Assembly: GCA_963750645.1 (NCBI GenBank)
Contig: CAVVRO010000008.1
Location: forward strand, 535,594 to 599,593
DNA: 64,000 nt
Reading direction: 5' to 3'
Source: an uncultured Microthrixaceae bacterium
GTDB lineage: Bacteria > Actinomycetota > Acidimicrobiia > Acidimicrobiales > VFJN01
The notes beneath the pieces are model-generated. The model had not been told where the DNA came from. It saw only the letters and a program-made list of their open reading frames with translations, and did not search any database. Below, in pieces: positions 29,054 to 39,241 of this stretch. The position numbers and the translations under genes are program-made. How positions within the stretch are numbered: the stretch's first letter is position 1; the number at the start of each line of letters is the position of its first letter.

Positions 29054-30221
29054 TCATGTGGCCGGGATCCACGCGCCGTGGAGCCCGTAGGGGATGCGTC
29101 GAGGGATCGCGACGGTGGCGAGCGGCGGGTGGTCGATGGCGGCGGCGTCGAGGACGATCAGGTCGGCCTCATTGCGGTTGTCGTCGTGGGAGAAGCCGAT
29201 GAGCCAGCCGCCGTCTTCGCGGTGGCGACGGGACGGGTCCGGGACGAAGCTGAGCTCGCCGGGGTGACGATCGGGGCCGAGGTCATGGGCGGTCCGGTCG
29301 CCGGTGCGAAGGTCGTGCCGGTACACCTCCGTCCCGCCGCCGGCGGCGACGGCCCACAGGTACGTGGGGACCGAGACGCGGTCACGGTTGGTGGTCCCGA
29401 ACCCTTGCGGCGTGTCGTCGAGGACGCTACGGCGGGCGCCGCCGCCGTCGAAGGTCCATCGGACCAAGGATCGGTCAGTGGCGAGAACGGCCACGTCCCG
29501 GCCGAGGTCGTACGCAGCGACGGCCTCAGTGACGCCGGCGTCGCACCAACGGGGCGGGGTCTGTCCGGTGCGGTCGACGACGCCGACGAACCCTTCGCCG
29601 AGGAGGACGATGCGGTCGCGGGTCAGGAGGAGGCCCTGCAGGGGTCCAGGGGCGTCGGGAACGGGGACGGTGATCCGGGTCTGGCTGTTCGGCGCCACGA
29701 TGTGATGCGCCGGCTCGTCGCCGTAGGAGACGAGGTGGAGCGCACCGGTGTGGGGGTCGAGCTGGGGGTGGGCGCCGATCCCACGACCCCGTCCGGCCAG
29801 GTCGACCCGGACGACGGTGGCGACGTGCTCGTCGAGCTCGTAGGCGAGGGCGCCCGAGCCCAGGGCAAGGGTCCGGCCACCGAACGTCACGACGTTGGTG
29901 GCGACGATGTCGAACGCGGCGGCGGGCGGACCGGGGATCGGGTCGGTCCCGAGATTGCGGGCGACGTTGTCGGTGGTGACCCATCGGCTGCAATACCGGA
30001 CCGCCCGGCCCTCGTGGAGCTCCACAGCGTGGACCATTCCATCGAGGCTCCGGCCAACGGGCGTCGGAGACGGGACGACGGCGTTGGGCCCGATTCGGAC
30101 ATAGCGGCCGGTCAGGGCAGGTGGGAGGGTGCCTTCGACCGTGAGGCCCGTCAGGGTCGTCTCCTCCGCGCCCGGCGCGTGGTTCCTGGTGGGGAGCTGC
30201 GGGTGCCGAGGCGGTGGGCAT
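29054..30221 (-). CDS. carotenoid-oxygenase (CCD/RPE65) family protein, short form; likely +1 frameshift near the start
   Basis: Motifs GRYVRIGPN, DGMVHAVELHEGRAVRY, AHPQLDPHTG and PYGLHGAWIP are present. The conserved frame has no ATG, GTG or TTG after the LuxR stop. ATG 30221 lies in the adjacent frame (MPTASAPAAP) next to a cccc run. Confidence 0.65.
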
Positions 30222-30306
30222 GCCCTCAGCGTCTGCGTAAGGGGCCCGCCTCCGCATCGGGAGGAACCCCTCAGATCGGCTGGATCTCCCGCCTCCGGGT
30301 CTCGGT

Positions 30307-33257
30307 TCAGGCGATCCCGAGGCGCTGGGCGACGGCGGCGGCGTCGACCCGGCTGGTGACGCCGAGCTTGCGGAGGATGTTCGACACGTGCACGCTGGCC
30401 GTCTTCTCCGAGACGAACAGCTGCTCGCCGATCTGTCGGTTGGTCTGCCCGGTGGCGACCAGCGCCAGGACTTCGGCTTCTCGGGCGGTCAGGCCGAGCC
30501 GTTCGATCGACGTGTCGTCGATGGTCACGCGGGTCGGGGCTTCGACGCTGAGCCGGGTGCGGCGTGAGATCGCCTCGGCCTGGGCCGCCACCGCGGCGGC
30601 GCCGAGGTCGATGGCCATGCGGTAGGCGGCCTGCAGCGCTCCGGCGGCAGCGGGCCGTGTCGCCGGCAGAGGCGGCAGCGTCGGCTTCGCGTAGCGTGCG
30701 CCACTGCCATCCACCACCGGTCGCCGAGGTCGCTCCCAACGCTCCACGGCTTCCGCCCAGGCGTCCGGGTCCGGGGCGGTGAGGCGGGTGAGGCTGGCCC
30801 TGGCGTGGGCGAGGTGGGCGACGATGTCGCGGGACATGGCCGGTCCCAGTGCTGTTCTGGTCGTCGACCTGGACCTGGTCGATGCGCTGCCGCAGCAGGC
30901 TGACGGTCGCGTCGACGTCGACCGGCCGGCCCGCAGCGAGGGCATCGAGTGCCTGCTCGACGGCCGCGGCGACGCTGAGCATCGCGAACCGGGCGGACCA
31001 CAGCGTGGCGGTCGCGGCGGCGTGTCTCCCAGCCGTGCTCCGCCGCCGCACCCGCCTCCGCCCAGTTGCCGAGGGCGAGGTGGACGTCGGCGACGGCAGA
31101 GTCGAGGAACGTCTGGTGGAAGCCGTCGGTGGGTCGTGCGGTGGCGTCAGCGAGGAGCTTCGTCGCCCGCTCGGTGTCGCCCCGCCTGGCCGCGAGCATG
31201 GCGCCCGCCCGCGCGACCCGGAAGATCCCGACCGGCAGGGTCTGGTCGGTCGTGTGGCGGGCCAGCGTCGCCTCGGCCTCGGACCAGCGGCCGAGCCGGA
31301 TGAGGCCTTCGGCGGCCAGGGCGTCGAGGTAGCCACCGAAGCTGTGGTCGAGCCCGGCCAGGTGCCCTTCGGCGACCGCGTCGAGGGCGGCGTTCACCGC
31401 CTCCAGGTTGCGGCCGTCGTCGAGGAGCGCGGCGCAGAAGTAGATCGCCGCGAGCGCTCGTGCTTGCGCTGTCGGGGCCGCCGCCATGGCCTCGCGGCAC
31501 AGCTCGACCGCCCTCGCGGGGTCGGCCGACGATGGCTGCGGACGAGGCCGAGCGTGCGGCGGGCCATCGCCCAGGCCAGCGGGATCGTCGGCCGGGCGTT
31601 CTCGACGAGCTCGAAGACGCGCTGCGCACCACTGCTCGGACAGCTCGTAGTGGCCGGCCATGAGCCTCGGCCTGCCCGAGTCCGGCGAACACCCCTGCCG
31701 CGTTCGGGTCGCCGTCGGTCGCCGAGGAGCGCACGCGGCCTGCTCGAACTCGGCTCGGCTCTCCTCGAGGTAGCCCGACGGCCCACAGGTAGCGGCCCAG
31801 GCGCTCGTGCCCGAACGCTTCGCCCTTGCGGAGGCGGCCCGACCTGGAAGGCTGCCTGGCGCGACCTCGCACGGCTCGCTCGTTGCCCGACGGTGGCACG
31901 TGGCGAGCTCGGCGGCCTGCCACAGCCGGTCGACCACGGTCGTCCTGCCCGGCGCTCTCGACCGGCGTCGTCCCAGCAGCTCGAACGCCCGCTCGAGATG
32001 GCGCGAACGCGGCCGCTGGGGCGATCGTCGCTGCGGCGTCGGCGGCGGCGAGCAAGGCGACGAACGCGCCTTCGCGGTCGCCGGCGCGGTCGAGGTGGAA
32101 GGCGAGCTCGCCGGCCCGGTCGGCCCGCGCCGAGCTCGGCGGTGGACTGCTGTTGGAGGGCGTCGGCGACCCGGCGATGGAGGCGGGTTCGCTGCGACGG
32201 GAGCAGGTCGGCGTAGACGACCTCGCCGATGAGGGCGTGACGGAACCGGTAGGCGTCGGTGGCGGCGTCGACCACGACCAGCTGCGCGTCGATCGCGGCG
32301 CGGACGCGCCCGTTCGATGGCCTCGTCGTCGAGGTCGACGATCGCGCGCAGCAGGTCGTGCGTCGGTCGTCACGGCCCGACGACGGCCATGGCACCGAGC
32401 GACCTGGCGGGCCTCGTCGTCGAGGCCGGCGATGTCGGCGGAGATCAGGTCGGACAGGACGGCGGGGATCGCCTCGCCGGCGACGTGGGCGGCGACGAGC
32501 TCCTCGGTGAAGAACGGGTTCCCCTGTCCCCGGGCGAGGATCTCGTCGACGAGATCATGCGGCGCGATGGTCCCGAGCAGCGCCGTCGACGCGGGCGGTC
32601 GACGTCGTCGCGGTCGAGGCCGGACAGGTGGATCCGGTGCACCGCCGGTAGGCGGGTGAGCTCGGCGAGCCGCCGCCGCTGCGACGGGTGCGCTCCGACC
32701 TCGGTCGCCCGGTAGGTGCCGACGAGCACGACCGGCTCGTCGAGCAGGTTCCGGGCCAGGAACTCGAAGAGGTCCCAGGTGACGGCGTCGGCCCAGTGGA
32801 GGTCCTCGATCCCGACGACGACGGCGCCCGTCGGCGCCGAGGTGGCCGACAACGTCGAGGATCGGCGCGAACAGCGCCGCCGGGGCCACGGTCGTCGTCT
32901 CCCCGGGGATCGTGCCCGGGGTCGAGCCAGCGGGCGAGCGGGGCGAGGCGCTCGGACTCGGAGAGCAGGTCGGGGCTGGCTGCGGCGGACCTGGCGGAGC
33001 AGGTCGGCGAGCGGCGCCAGCGGGATGACGTCACCACCGATGGGGCACGCACCGCCCGAGGTACAGGCTCACCCCCGCCCGCTCGGCGGCCTCGGCGATC
33101 AGCGTCGACTTGCCGATCCCGGCGTCGCCGCCGACCAGCAGGATCGACGGGATACCGGCCTGCGTGCGTCCGCGAAGGCCGCTCGAACAGGGCGAGCTCC
33201 TCGCTTCGTCCGACGAAGTTGGGTTCTGGTGGCGATCGGGCACGGCGATCTCATCAT
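30307..33257 (-). pseudogene. LAL-type (large ATP-binding LuxR family) regulator, multiply frameshifted
   Basis: The C-terminal LuxR HTH is intact (LTAREAEVLALVATGQTNRQIGEQLFVSEKTASVHVSNILRKLGV). Walker A LLVGGDAGIGKSTL lies near 33.1 kb. Segments VVVGIEDLHWADAVTWDLFEFLARNL, GNPFFTEELV, YRFRHALIGEVVYADLLPSQRTRLHRRVADAL and TPR-like parts are spread over all three frames from about 30.65 kb upward. Confidence 0.8.
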
Positions 33258-33402
33258 GACGCCGCCACCGCAGCCGGTGACGGGGTGCCGCACATGCGGC
33301 CCGGATCTGAGGGGTCATGCCCGATGTGCGCGGCAGGGGCCTTAGCCGAGACGGTGGACCCAGGAAGCCACCCACGCCTCCCGTAGGCACGAAGGAGCAG
33401 TC

Positions 33403-34750
33403 ATGCACGGTCGTCCCGTCCACCAAGTCCTCGGCGAGACCACGGCGAGCCACCCGAACCGGTGGCGCATCCTCGGCGTGCTCGTGCTCGCCCTGCTCGT
33501 CACCTCCATCGACCACACCATCATCAACGTCGCCCTGCCCCGGCTGGTCGGCGACCTCGGCGCCAGCTCGGCCCAGCTGCAGTGGATCGTCGCCGCCTAC
33601 ACCATCGTGTTCGCCGGGCTGCTGCTCACCGCCGGCAGCCTCGGCGACCGCTTCGGCCGCCGGCACGCCCTGCTCGCCGGCCTGGCCACGTTCCTCGGCC
33701 GGCTCCGATCGTCGCCGCCACTCGCCGGCTCGACGACGGCGCTCATCGCCGGCCGCTGCGTCATGGGCGTCGGCGGCGCGCTGATCATGCCGACGACGCT
33801 GTCGATCCTCGTCAACGTGTTCGGCGATCCCCGCGAGCGGGCCAAGGCGATCGCCGGCTGGACCGCCGCGAGCGGCGCCGGCATCGCGCTCGGACCGATC
33901 GTCGGCGGCGCGCTGATGCGCAGCTTCTCGTGGTCGTCGGTGTTCTGGATCAACGTGCCGCTGCTCGTCGCCGCGCTTCGTCGGGGCGCTGCACCTCGTC
34001 CCCGACTCCCGCGACCCGCACGCGACCCGGCTCGATCCCGATCGGCGCCTGCCTGTCGATCGCCGCGATCAGCACGCTCGTCTACGCCATCATCCAGGCA
34101 CCCGAGCAGCGGCTGGACGTCGACCGCCGTCGCTGTCAACTTCGCGGTCGGGGCCGCGATCGCGGTCGCTGTTCGTCGGCTGGGAGATGCGCCGCGACGA
34201 CCCGATGCTCGACATGCGGCTGTTCCGCAACCGCAGCTTCTCCGCCGGCAGCATCGCCCTCGCCCTGCTGTTCTTCGCCATGGCCGGCACCGTGTTCCTG
34301 CAGGCGCAGTACCTGCAGTTCGTGCTCGGCTACACCCCGCTCGCCGCCGGGTTCGCCCTCGTCCCGGCCGCGATCGGGATGCTGCTCGGCACCGGCGCCG
34401 GCGCTCACCTCGCCGCCAGGCACGGCGGGCGCATCGCCGTGACCACCGGCACGCTGATCGCCGCCGGCGGCGTCGCCGTGCAGGCCGCGCTTCATCGACG
34501 GCACGTCGTACGCCCCGACCGGTGTCGGGCTGCTGCTGTTCGGCCTCGGCGCCGGCATCGCGATGCCCGCCGCGACCGACCTGATCATGGCGACGCTTCC
34601 GCCGGCACGGGCCGGTGTCGGCTCGCCGTCAACGACACCGTCCGCGAGCTCGGCGGCGCGCTCGGCGTCGCGGTCATCGGCAGCGTCGCCGCCAGCCAGC
34701 TACGCCTCGCACGTCATCAGCGGATCGGTGCTCAGCAGTGTTCGCATCGT
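33403..34750 (+). pseudogene. MFS transporter (DHA2/EmrB-QacA type), frameshifted; 3' end approximate
   Basis: The N-terminal half is in one frame (RWRILGVLVLALLVTSIDHTIINVALPRL...LGDRFGRR...). The second half is in other frames (DMRLFRNRSFSAGSIALALLFFAMAGTVFLQAQYLQFVLGYTPLAAGFALVP and VNDTVRELGGALGVAVIGSV). Confidence 0.75.
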
Positions 34751-35770
34751 CGTGGGCGCTGCTCGCCTTCCTCACCGGCCACTGGACGGATCAGGCGCAG
34801 CGCTGGGCCGCCGTGCCGGCAACCGTGATGGCCATCGGCGCCGTGACCATCCTCGCGCGTCGCCCCGACCGGCAACGAGGTCGGATGGGTGTGGCCGCCG
34901 GCGATCCTTGCGCTCGCCGCCTGGATGACCGTCCAGTCGCGACGCGCATCTGCGGAGCCGGGCCCGCACCCTCGTCCTCTACCCGGTGTTCGCGGCGCTG
35001 GCGTTCTCCGCCCTGGGCGGCGCGTACGAGACCTACCGCGAGACCAGCGACACATCCGTCGTCGGCGATGCCCGGTCGGCTCATCGACGTCGGCGGTCAC
35101 CAGCTGCACATCAGCTGCACCGGCTCCGGCAGCCCGACCGTGGTCCTCGAGCCCGGTATGGGCGAGCCGTCACCGGTCATGGCCGGTTGGATCGCCCCGG
35201 GCGTTGCGACGACGACCAGGGTCTGCGTCTACGACCGAGCCGGACGAGGATGGAGCGAGTCGGCATCCGCCCCGCAGGACGGGGAGCAGGTCGCCACCGA
35301 CCTGCACACCCTGCTGTCACGTGCAGGCGAGCCCGGCCCGTACGTGCTCGCAGGTCACTCGGCCGGGGGGATCTACGTCCTCAACTTCGCCAAGCTCTTC
35401 CCGCAGGACGTGGCCGGGCGTGGTGCTGCTCGACTCGATGCACCCCGAGCAGTACACGCGCATGGCCTCCTGGCCCGGCTTCTACGAGATGTTCCGACGC
35501 ATGTCGGCCGTGTCGCCCTCGCTCGCACGGCTCGGGATCGGCCGCCTGATCTACGGCGGTGCGTACAGCGAGCTGCCGGCGGCCCAACGCGACCAGGAGC
35601 GCGCCTTCCTCTCGACGCCACGGCACAGCCGCAGCGTCCGAGACGAGTTCAGCAAGATCCGCATGGCGATGGGCCAGGCCGCCAAGCTGCACACGCTTGG
35701 GCGACGTTCCACTCGCCGTTCTGTTCCTACGCACGGTTCGGCACCGGAACCAGCGACGCGCCGATCCGCG
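34741..35770 (+). pseudogene. membrane-anchored alpha/beta hydrolase, frameshifted and 3'-truncated; coordinates approximate
   Basis: TM segments lie in three frames, followed by MPGRLIDVGGHQLHISCTGSGSPTVVLEPGMGE and the nucleophile elbow LAGHSAGG. VVLLDSMHPEQY...AAKLHTLG is in another frame. The sequence breaks off after LGDVPLAVL. Confidence 0.65.
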
Positions 35771-35779
35771 ACGCAGACC

Positions 35780-36298
35780 TTCGAGACACAAGCATCGGAC
35801 CTCCACGCCGTTCTTGACGCGGCAGGAGAACCGGCCCCGTACGTCGTGGTCGGCCACTCCTTCGGCGGCGCCGAAGCGGTGACGTTCACGTCGCAGTACC
35901 CCGACGACGTGGTCGGGCTCATGCTCGTCGACGCGAGCCCGGCCACGTGGCCGACCACCGTGTGCTCGGTCCCCGCCTACGAAGAGCTGTGCGCTGTCAT
36001 GCACGACTCGACGCTGGACCCGGAACGACTCGACGCGATCCCCGCGTTTGCCGACGTCGCAGCCATCAGGTCGCTGGGTGATCTCCCGATGACCGTGATG
36101 AGCGCGGCGCACCGGACCGATCCTGCTCTCATGCAGCATGAGCTCACGCGGCTCGACGCCGTCTGGGCAGCGGGTGTCAGAACCTGGGCGTCGTTGTCAC
36201 CAGCTTCCACCGTGGTCTCCGTGCAGGACACCGGCCACCACATCCAGCTCGACCAGCCGGCCCTGGTCGTCGAGGAGATCGGGAAGCTCCTGCCTTGA
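35780..36298 (+). pseudogene. alpha/beta hydrolase paralogue lacking its N-terminal ~70 residues
   Basis: It begins at ASDLHAVLDAAGEPAPYVVVGHSFGG, which parallels VATDLHTLLSRAGEPGPYVLAGHSAGG of the upstream copy. It continues in frame to LGDLPMTVMSAAH...DTGHHIQLDQP and a stop at 36298. Confidence 0.6.
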
Positions 36299-36332
36299 CG
36301 TTGATCACCGTTGAGAGCACACGGCTGACCGT

Positions 36333-36371
36333 TGGTCGGAGATCTGAACTCCCGACCTCTGCGTCCCGAAC
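36333..36371 (-). repeat. partial duplicate of the tRNA-Pro 3' half (att-like direct repeat)
   Basis: tggtcgg + agatctgaactcccgacctctgcgtcccgaac matches tRNA positions 39512-39518 and 39526-39557. There is one mismatch and a 7-nt gap. Identity stops in the anticodon loop. Confidence 0.8.
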
Positions 36372-36498
36372 ACGATCCTGGCGACGACAGGCCCGGCCAG
36401 CAGTGGCTTCGCGAATCGGGCGGGATCCTCGCGAGATCGGCTCTGCCTCAGCTGGCGTCGACGAGCTGGTGTCGCGGATAGAAGCCCTCGCCGCTGAA

Positions 36499-36987
36499 TC
36501 AAGTCTCGATGACAGACTCGTCGAACAACAGGAGCTCCTCCTCGTCTGGAGGTTGAAAGACCGTTGCCCACTGTTCGAAGTGAGCCCGTGTCATAGGCGA
36601 GGCGGTCCATTCGCCCGAGGCCTGGCGGCGCTGAGCTCGCTCGATGAGCTCCTCCAGAGACGCGTCGAGGTAGTGCAGTTCGACTCCCGCGCCCAGCGCT
36701 CGGGCTCCACGTCGCTTCTCATCCCGTTCGACCCGCGCCCAGTGGCCCCACTCCAAGATGACGCTCTGACCCTGCGCGAGGAGCTCCTGGGCAAGGGCCC
36801 ACAGCTGCCGTTCGACGCGGACTCGGAGCTCGTCGTCCCACACGTCGAGACCCAGCTCAGTCGTCCATTGATCCTTGTCCAACCTGATCGCTGGAATCTT
36901 GGGGGCGAGCCGGCGAGCGAGCGTCGTCTTGCCCGACGCTGGAAGCCCACAGATCAGCACCAGCCGCGTCGATGAGACCTCGTTCAT
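36499..36987 (-). CDS. P-loop kinase / AAA_33-like ATP-binding protein
   Basis: ATG 36987 gives MNEVSSTRLVLICGLPASGKTTLARRL, which contains a Walker A motif. The product is 162 aa. Confidence 0.7.
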   Translation of the reverse strand: MNEVSSTRLVLICGLPASGKTTLARRLAPKIPAIRLDKDQWTTELGLDVWDDELRVRVERQLWALAQELLAQGQSVILEWGHWARVERDEKRRGARALGAGVELHYLDASLEELIERAQRRQASGEWTASPMTRAHFEQWATVFQPPDEEELLLFDESVIET

Positions 36988-37167
36988 GGAGACTCTCGGT
37001 ACTCGTCCGTCACGGTCACAGCCTGCACGACCCACCTCTCCGGCCCCGGCGCAGCGCGCCGGGTTGCCATCAGGCCGGCGATAGGGGCGGTCAGCCGGGG
37101 CTGGACAATCGGCCGACGACGACGTGAACCACTTGGCACTCCTCCGGCGATGAACGGCGGCTCCCGG

Positions 37168-37632
37168 CTAGCTCAGCGGGCGCCAGAGCACAGCATCCCT
37201 CGCCAGCGACGTCTTGGGACGCGCCACCTCGTAGCCGCAACGTTCGTAGAAGCGGGCCGCTTCGCCGGTATGCAGCCAGAGCTCGGTCGCGCCTGCCTCC
37301 CGTGCGCGGTCGGCGGTCACGCCGAGGAGTCGGCGACCCAGGCCGAGGTCACGCGCTGCGCCGAGCACGTAGACGCCGGAGAGCCAGGGACCCCGGTCGG
37401 CGAACTCGACGTCGACGTCGTCGGTGCAGACACTGGCCGAGCCGACCGGTTCGTCACCCCAGCGGGCCACGAGCGTGAACGGGATCCCGGTCTCACCCGT
37501 CCGGGACCGCAGCCGCTTGCGCCACTCTTCCCGCTCCGCCTCGGTGCCGAGACTCCATTCCCGCCAGTGCCAATGGAGCACCGTTTCGAGGACGGGATCA
37601 GCAGCGCTCATTATGTCGACGTGCACCTCCAC
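37168..37632 (-). CDS. GNAT-family N-acetyltransferase
   Basis: The acetyl-CoA pocket motif GVYVLGAARDLGLGRRLL and the C-terminal ARFYERCGYE are present. Confidence 0.75.
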   Translation of the reverse strand: MEVHVDIMSAADPVLETVLHWHWREWSLGTEAEREEWRKRLRSRTGETGIPFTLVARWGDEPVGSASVCTDDVDVEFADRGPWLSGVYVLGAARDLGLGRRLLGVTADRAREAGATELWLHTGEAARFYERCGYEVARPKTSLARDAVLWRPLS

Positions 37633-38015
37633 CGCCGCATCGTCCCATGCCGGTCGAAGTCGTGACGGCTCAGTCAGCTCTCCATCAGGTCGACCAGGTA
37701 GCCGAGGAACCTCAGCTCGTCGGTCTCGCGCTCCCAGCCGTCAGCACTCGGCTTGCTCTCGACTCGGGCACTGCCAGAGACCGGGTAGAGCGCATCGCCC
37801 GTGCCGCTGCCATGGAGCACGTCGGAATCCACCGACAGTCCGGTCCGATCTCAGCTCTGCCGCCCCGGCACTGAGGCCCGGGCCGATAGCTGAGAGGTGC
37901 GCCGATAAGCCAAGCCGACCCAGCACGCCGCGAGGTCAAGTAAGCACGCCGCCACGATGATCACGTCGCCTGCACGATCGCCCGACACGGCGCGAACCGT
38001 ACTCAGAGAATCCCC

Positions 38016-38046
38016 TTGCACCTCACGCGACGTGACCTCTTACGGT
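38016..38046 (+). promoter_or_regulatory. MerR-type promoter: -35 TTGCAC, 19-nt spacer with a central palindrome, -10 TACGGT
   Basis: TTGCAC lies at 38016-38021. The 19-nt spacer contains tcacg-cga-cgtga (38023-38035). TACGGT lies at 38041-38046. The GTG start at 38054 is 7 nt after the -10 element, which implies a leaderless transcript. Confidence 0.55.
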
Positions 38047-38053
38047 TACGAGC

Positions 38054-39241
38054 GTGGCGCGGGAGTGGACGGTCGGTGAGCTGGCGCATCAAGCCAGCGT
38101 GTCGGTGAGAACACTGCACCACTACGACCAGATCGGGCTCTTGAGTCCGACGCGCAGTGCCGCTGGCCATCGCCGCTACACGGAGCCCGACGTTGCCCGC
38201 CTCACCCAAGTCGTCGCGCTACGCAGCGTCGGGCTCTCCCTCGGCGAGATCCGACGCTGTCTCGACAGCGGCGAAGCCCTGACCGCCACGCTCACCCGGC
38301 AGCTGCGCGACCTCGACCTGCGCGTCGCGCAGACGTCAGCGCTCCGGGACCGTCTCGCCACCGTCGTGGCCCAGCTCCAGAGCGGCCGCGACCTCGACAG
38401 CTACGACCTGATGGCCTTGATCGGAGACACGAAGATGATGGCAGAAGGCAAGACCAAGATCGTCGAAGAAGCGGGCAATGGTGAAGTGCTTGTCCGCAGC
38501 AAGGACGACATCACCGCCGGCGACGGAGCCAAACACGATGTGCTCGATGGCAAGGCGGCCGCATCCACGCGGACGACCTGCAACATCTTCCAGCTCCTCG
38601 AGCGCAACGGCGTGCGCACCCACTTCGTGGATCGTGTCGACGATGTCACCTTCCGGGCGCGCAACGTCGAGATGATCCCACTGGAGCTTGTCGCACGCCG
38701 GTACGCCTCCGGCAGCCTTCGAGACCGCTTCCCTGACCTGCCGGACGGCGCAGTCTTCGAAGAGCTCATGTTCGAGGTCTTCGAGAAGGACGATGCCAAT
38801 CACGACCCGCTGCTGGACTTCGACTTCGAAGCAGGCGTTCTGCGACGGCACGTGCCCAACAAGAACGCGGCAGAAGCGATCGGCCCGGACGCCAAGGCCG
38901 GCGCCCTCATCACTGAAGAACCGCTAGCAGAGAGCCGTTACGCCGACGTCTCGCCGGAGCTCATCGCACGCCTTCGAAGCCGCACCGTCTCGGCGTTCGA
39001 GGTCATCGAGGCGGCGTGGAAGCAGCACGGCGGCGTCTACATCGACTTCAAGATCGAATGCGGATTCGATCGCGAGACAGGCGACCTACTGGTGGCTGAC
39101 GTCATCGACAGCGACTCCGGTCGCTTGCGCTTCGGCGACGTCGACATGTCCAAGCAGTCGTATCGCGACGGCACGGCCACCTTGCCGGAGATCAAGAAGA
39201 AGTTCGACGAGGTTGCAGCCCTTACGGACCGATTCGTCTGA
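38054..39241 (+). CDS. MerR-family DNA-binding domain fused in frame to a SAICAR-synthetase (PurC)-like domain
   Basis: The N-terminus WTVGELAHQASVSVRTLHHYDQIGLLSPTRSAAGHRRYTEPDV plus a coiled coil spans about 125 aa. It is followed by MMAEGKTKIVEEAGNGEVLVRSKDDITAGDGAKHDVLDGKAAASTRTTCNIFQLLERNGVRTHF...DSDSGRLRF, which matches the PurC pattern. No stop separates the two parts. Confidence 0.7.
   Translation: MAREWTVGELAHQASVSVRTLHHYDQIGLLSPTRSAAGHRRYTEPDVARLTQVVALRSVGLSLGEIRRCLDSGEALTATLTRQLRDLDLRVAQTSALRDRLATVVAQLQSGRDLDSYDLMALIGDTKMMAEGKTKIVEEAGNGEVLVRSKDDITAGDGAKHDVLDGKAAASTRTTCNIFQLLERNGVRTHFVDRVDDVTFRARNVEMIPLELVARRYASGSLRDRFPDLPDGAVFEELMFEVFEKDDANHDPLLDFDFEAGVLRRHVPNKNAAEAIGPDAKAGALITEEPLAESRYADVSPELIARLRSRTVSAFEVIEAAWKQHGGVYIDFKIECGFDRETGDLLVADVIDSDSGRLRFGDVDMSKQSYRDGTATLPEIKKKFDEVAALTDRFV

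Noticed and set aside
34889-36298. A single 469-codon ORF that could be read as one large hydrolase.
   Set aside because: Only parts of it are in the true frame. It is an open frame running across a frameshifted hydrolase gene and joining the in-frame C-terminal fragment of a second one.
37674-37832. A 52-codon minus-strand ORF (VDSDVLHGSG...WERETDELRFLGYLVDLMES) upstream of the GNAT gene, considered as a possible antitoxin or small protein.
   Set aside because: I could recognise no family, RBS or conserved motif. An in-frame stop lies 18 nt upstream, so it may be the tail of a destroyed gene. Support is insufficient.
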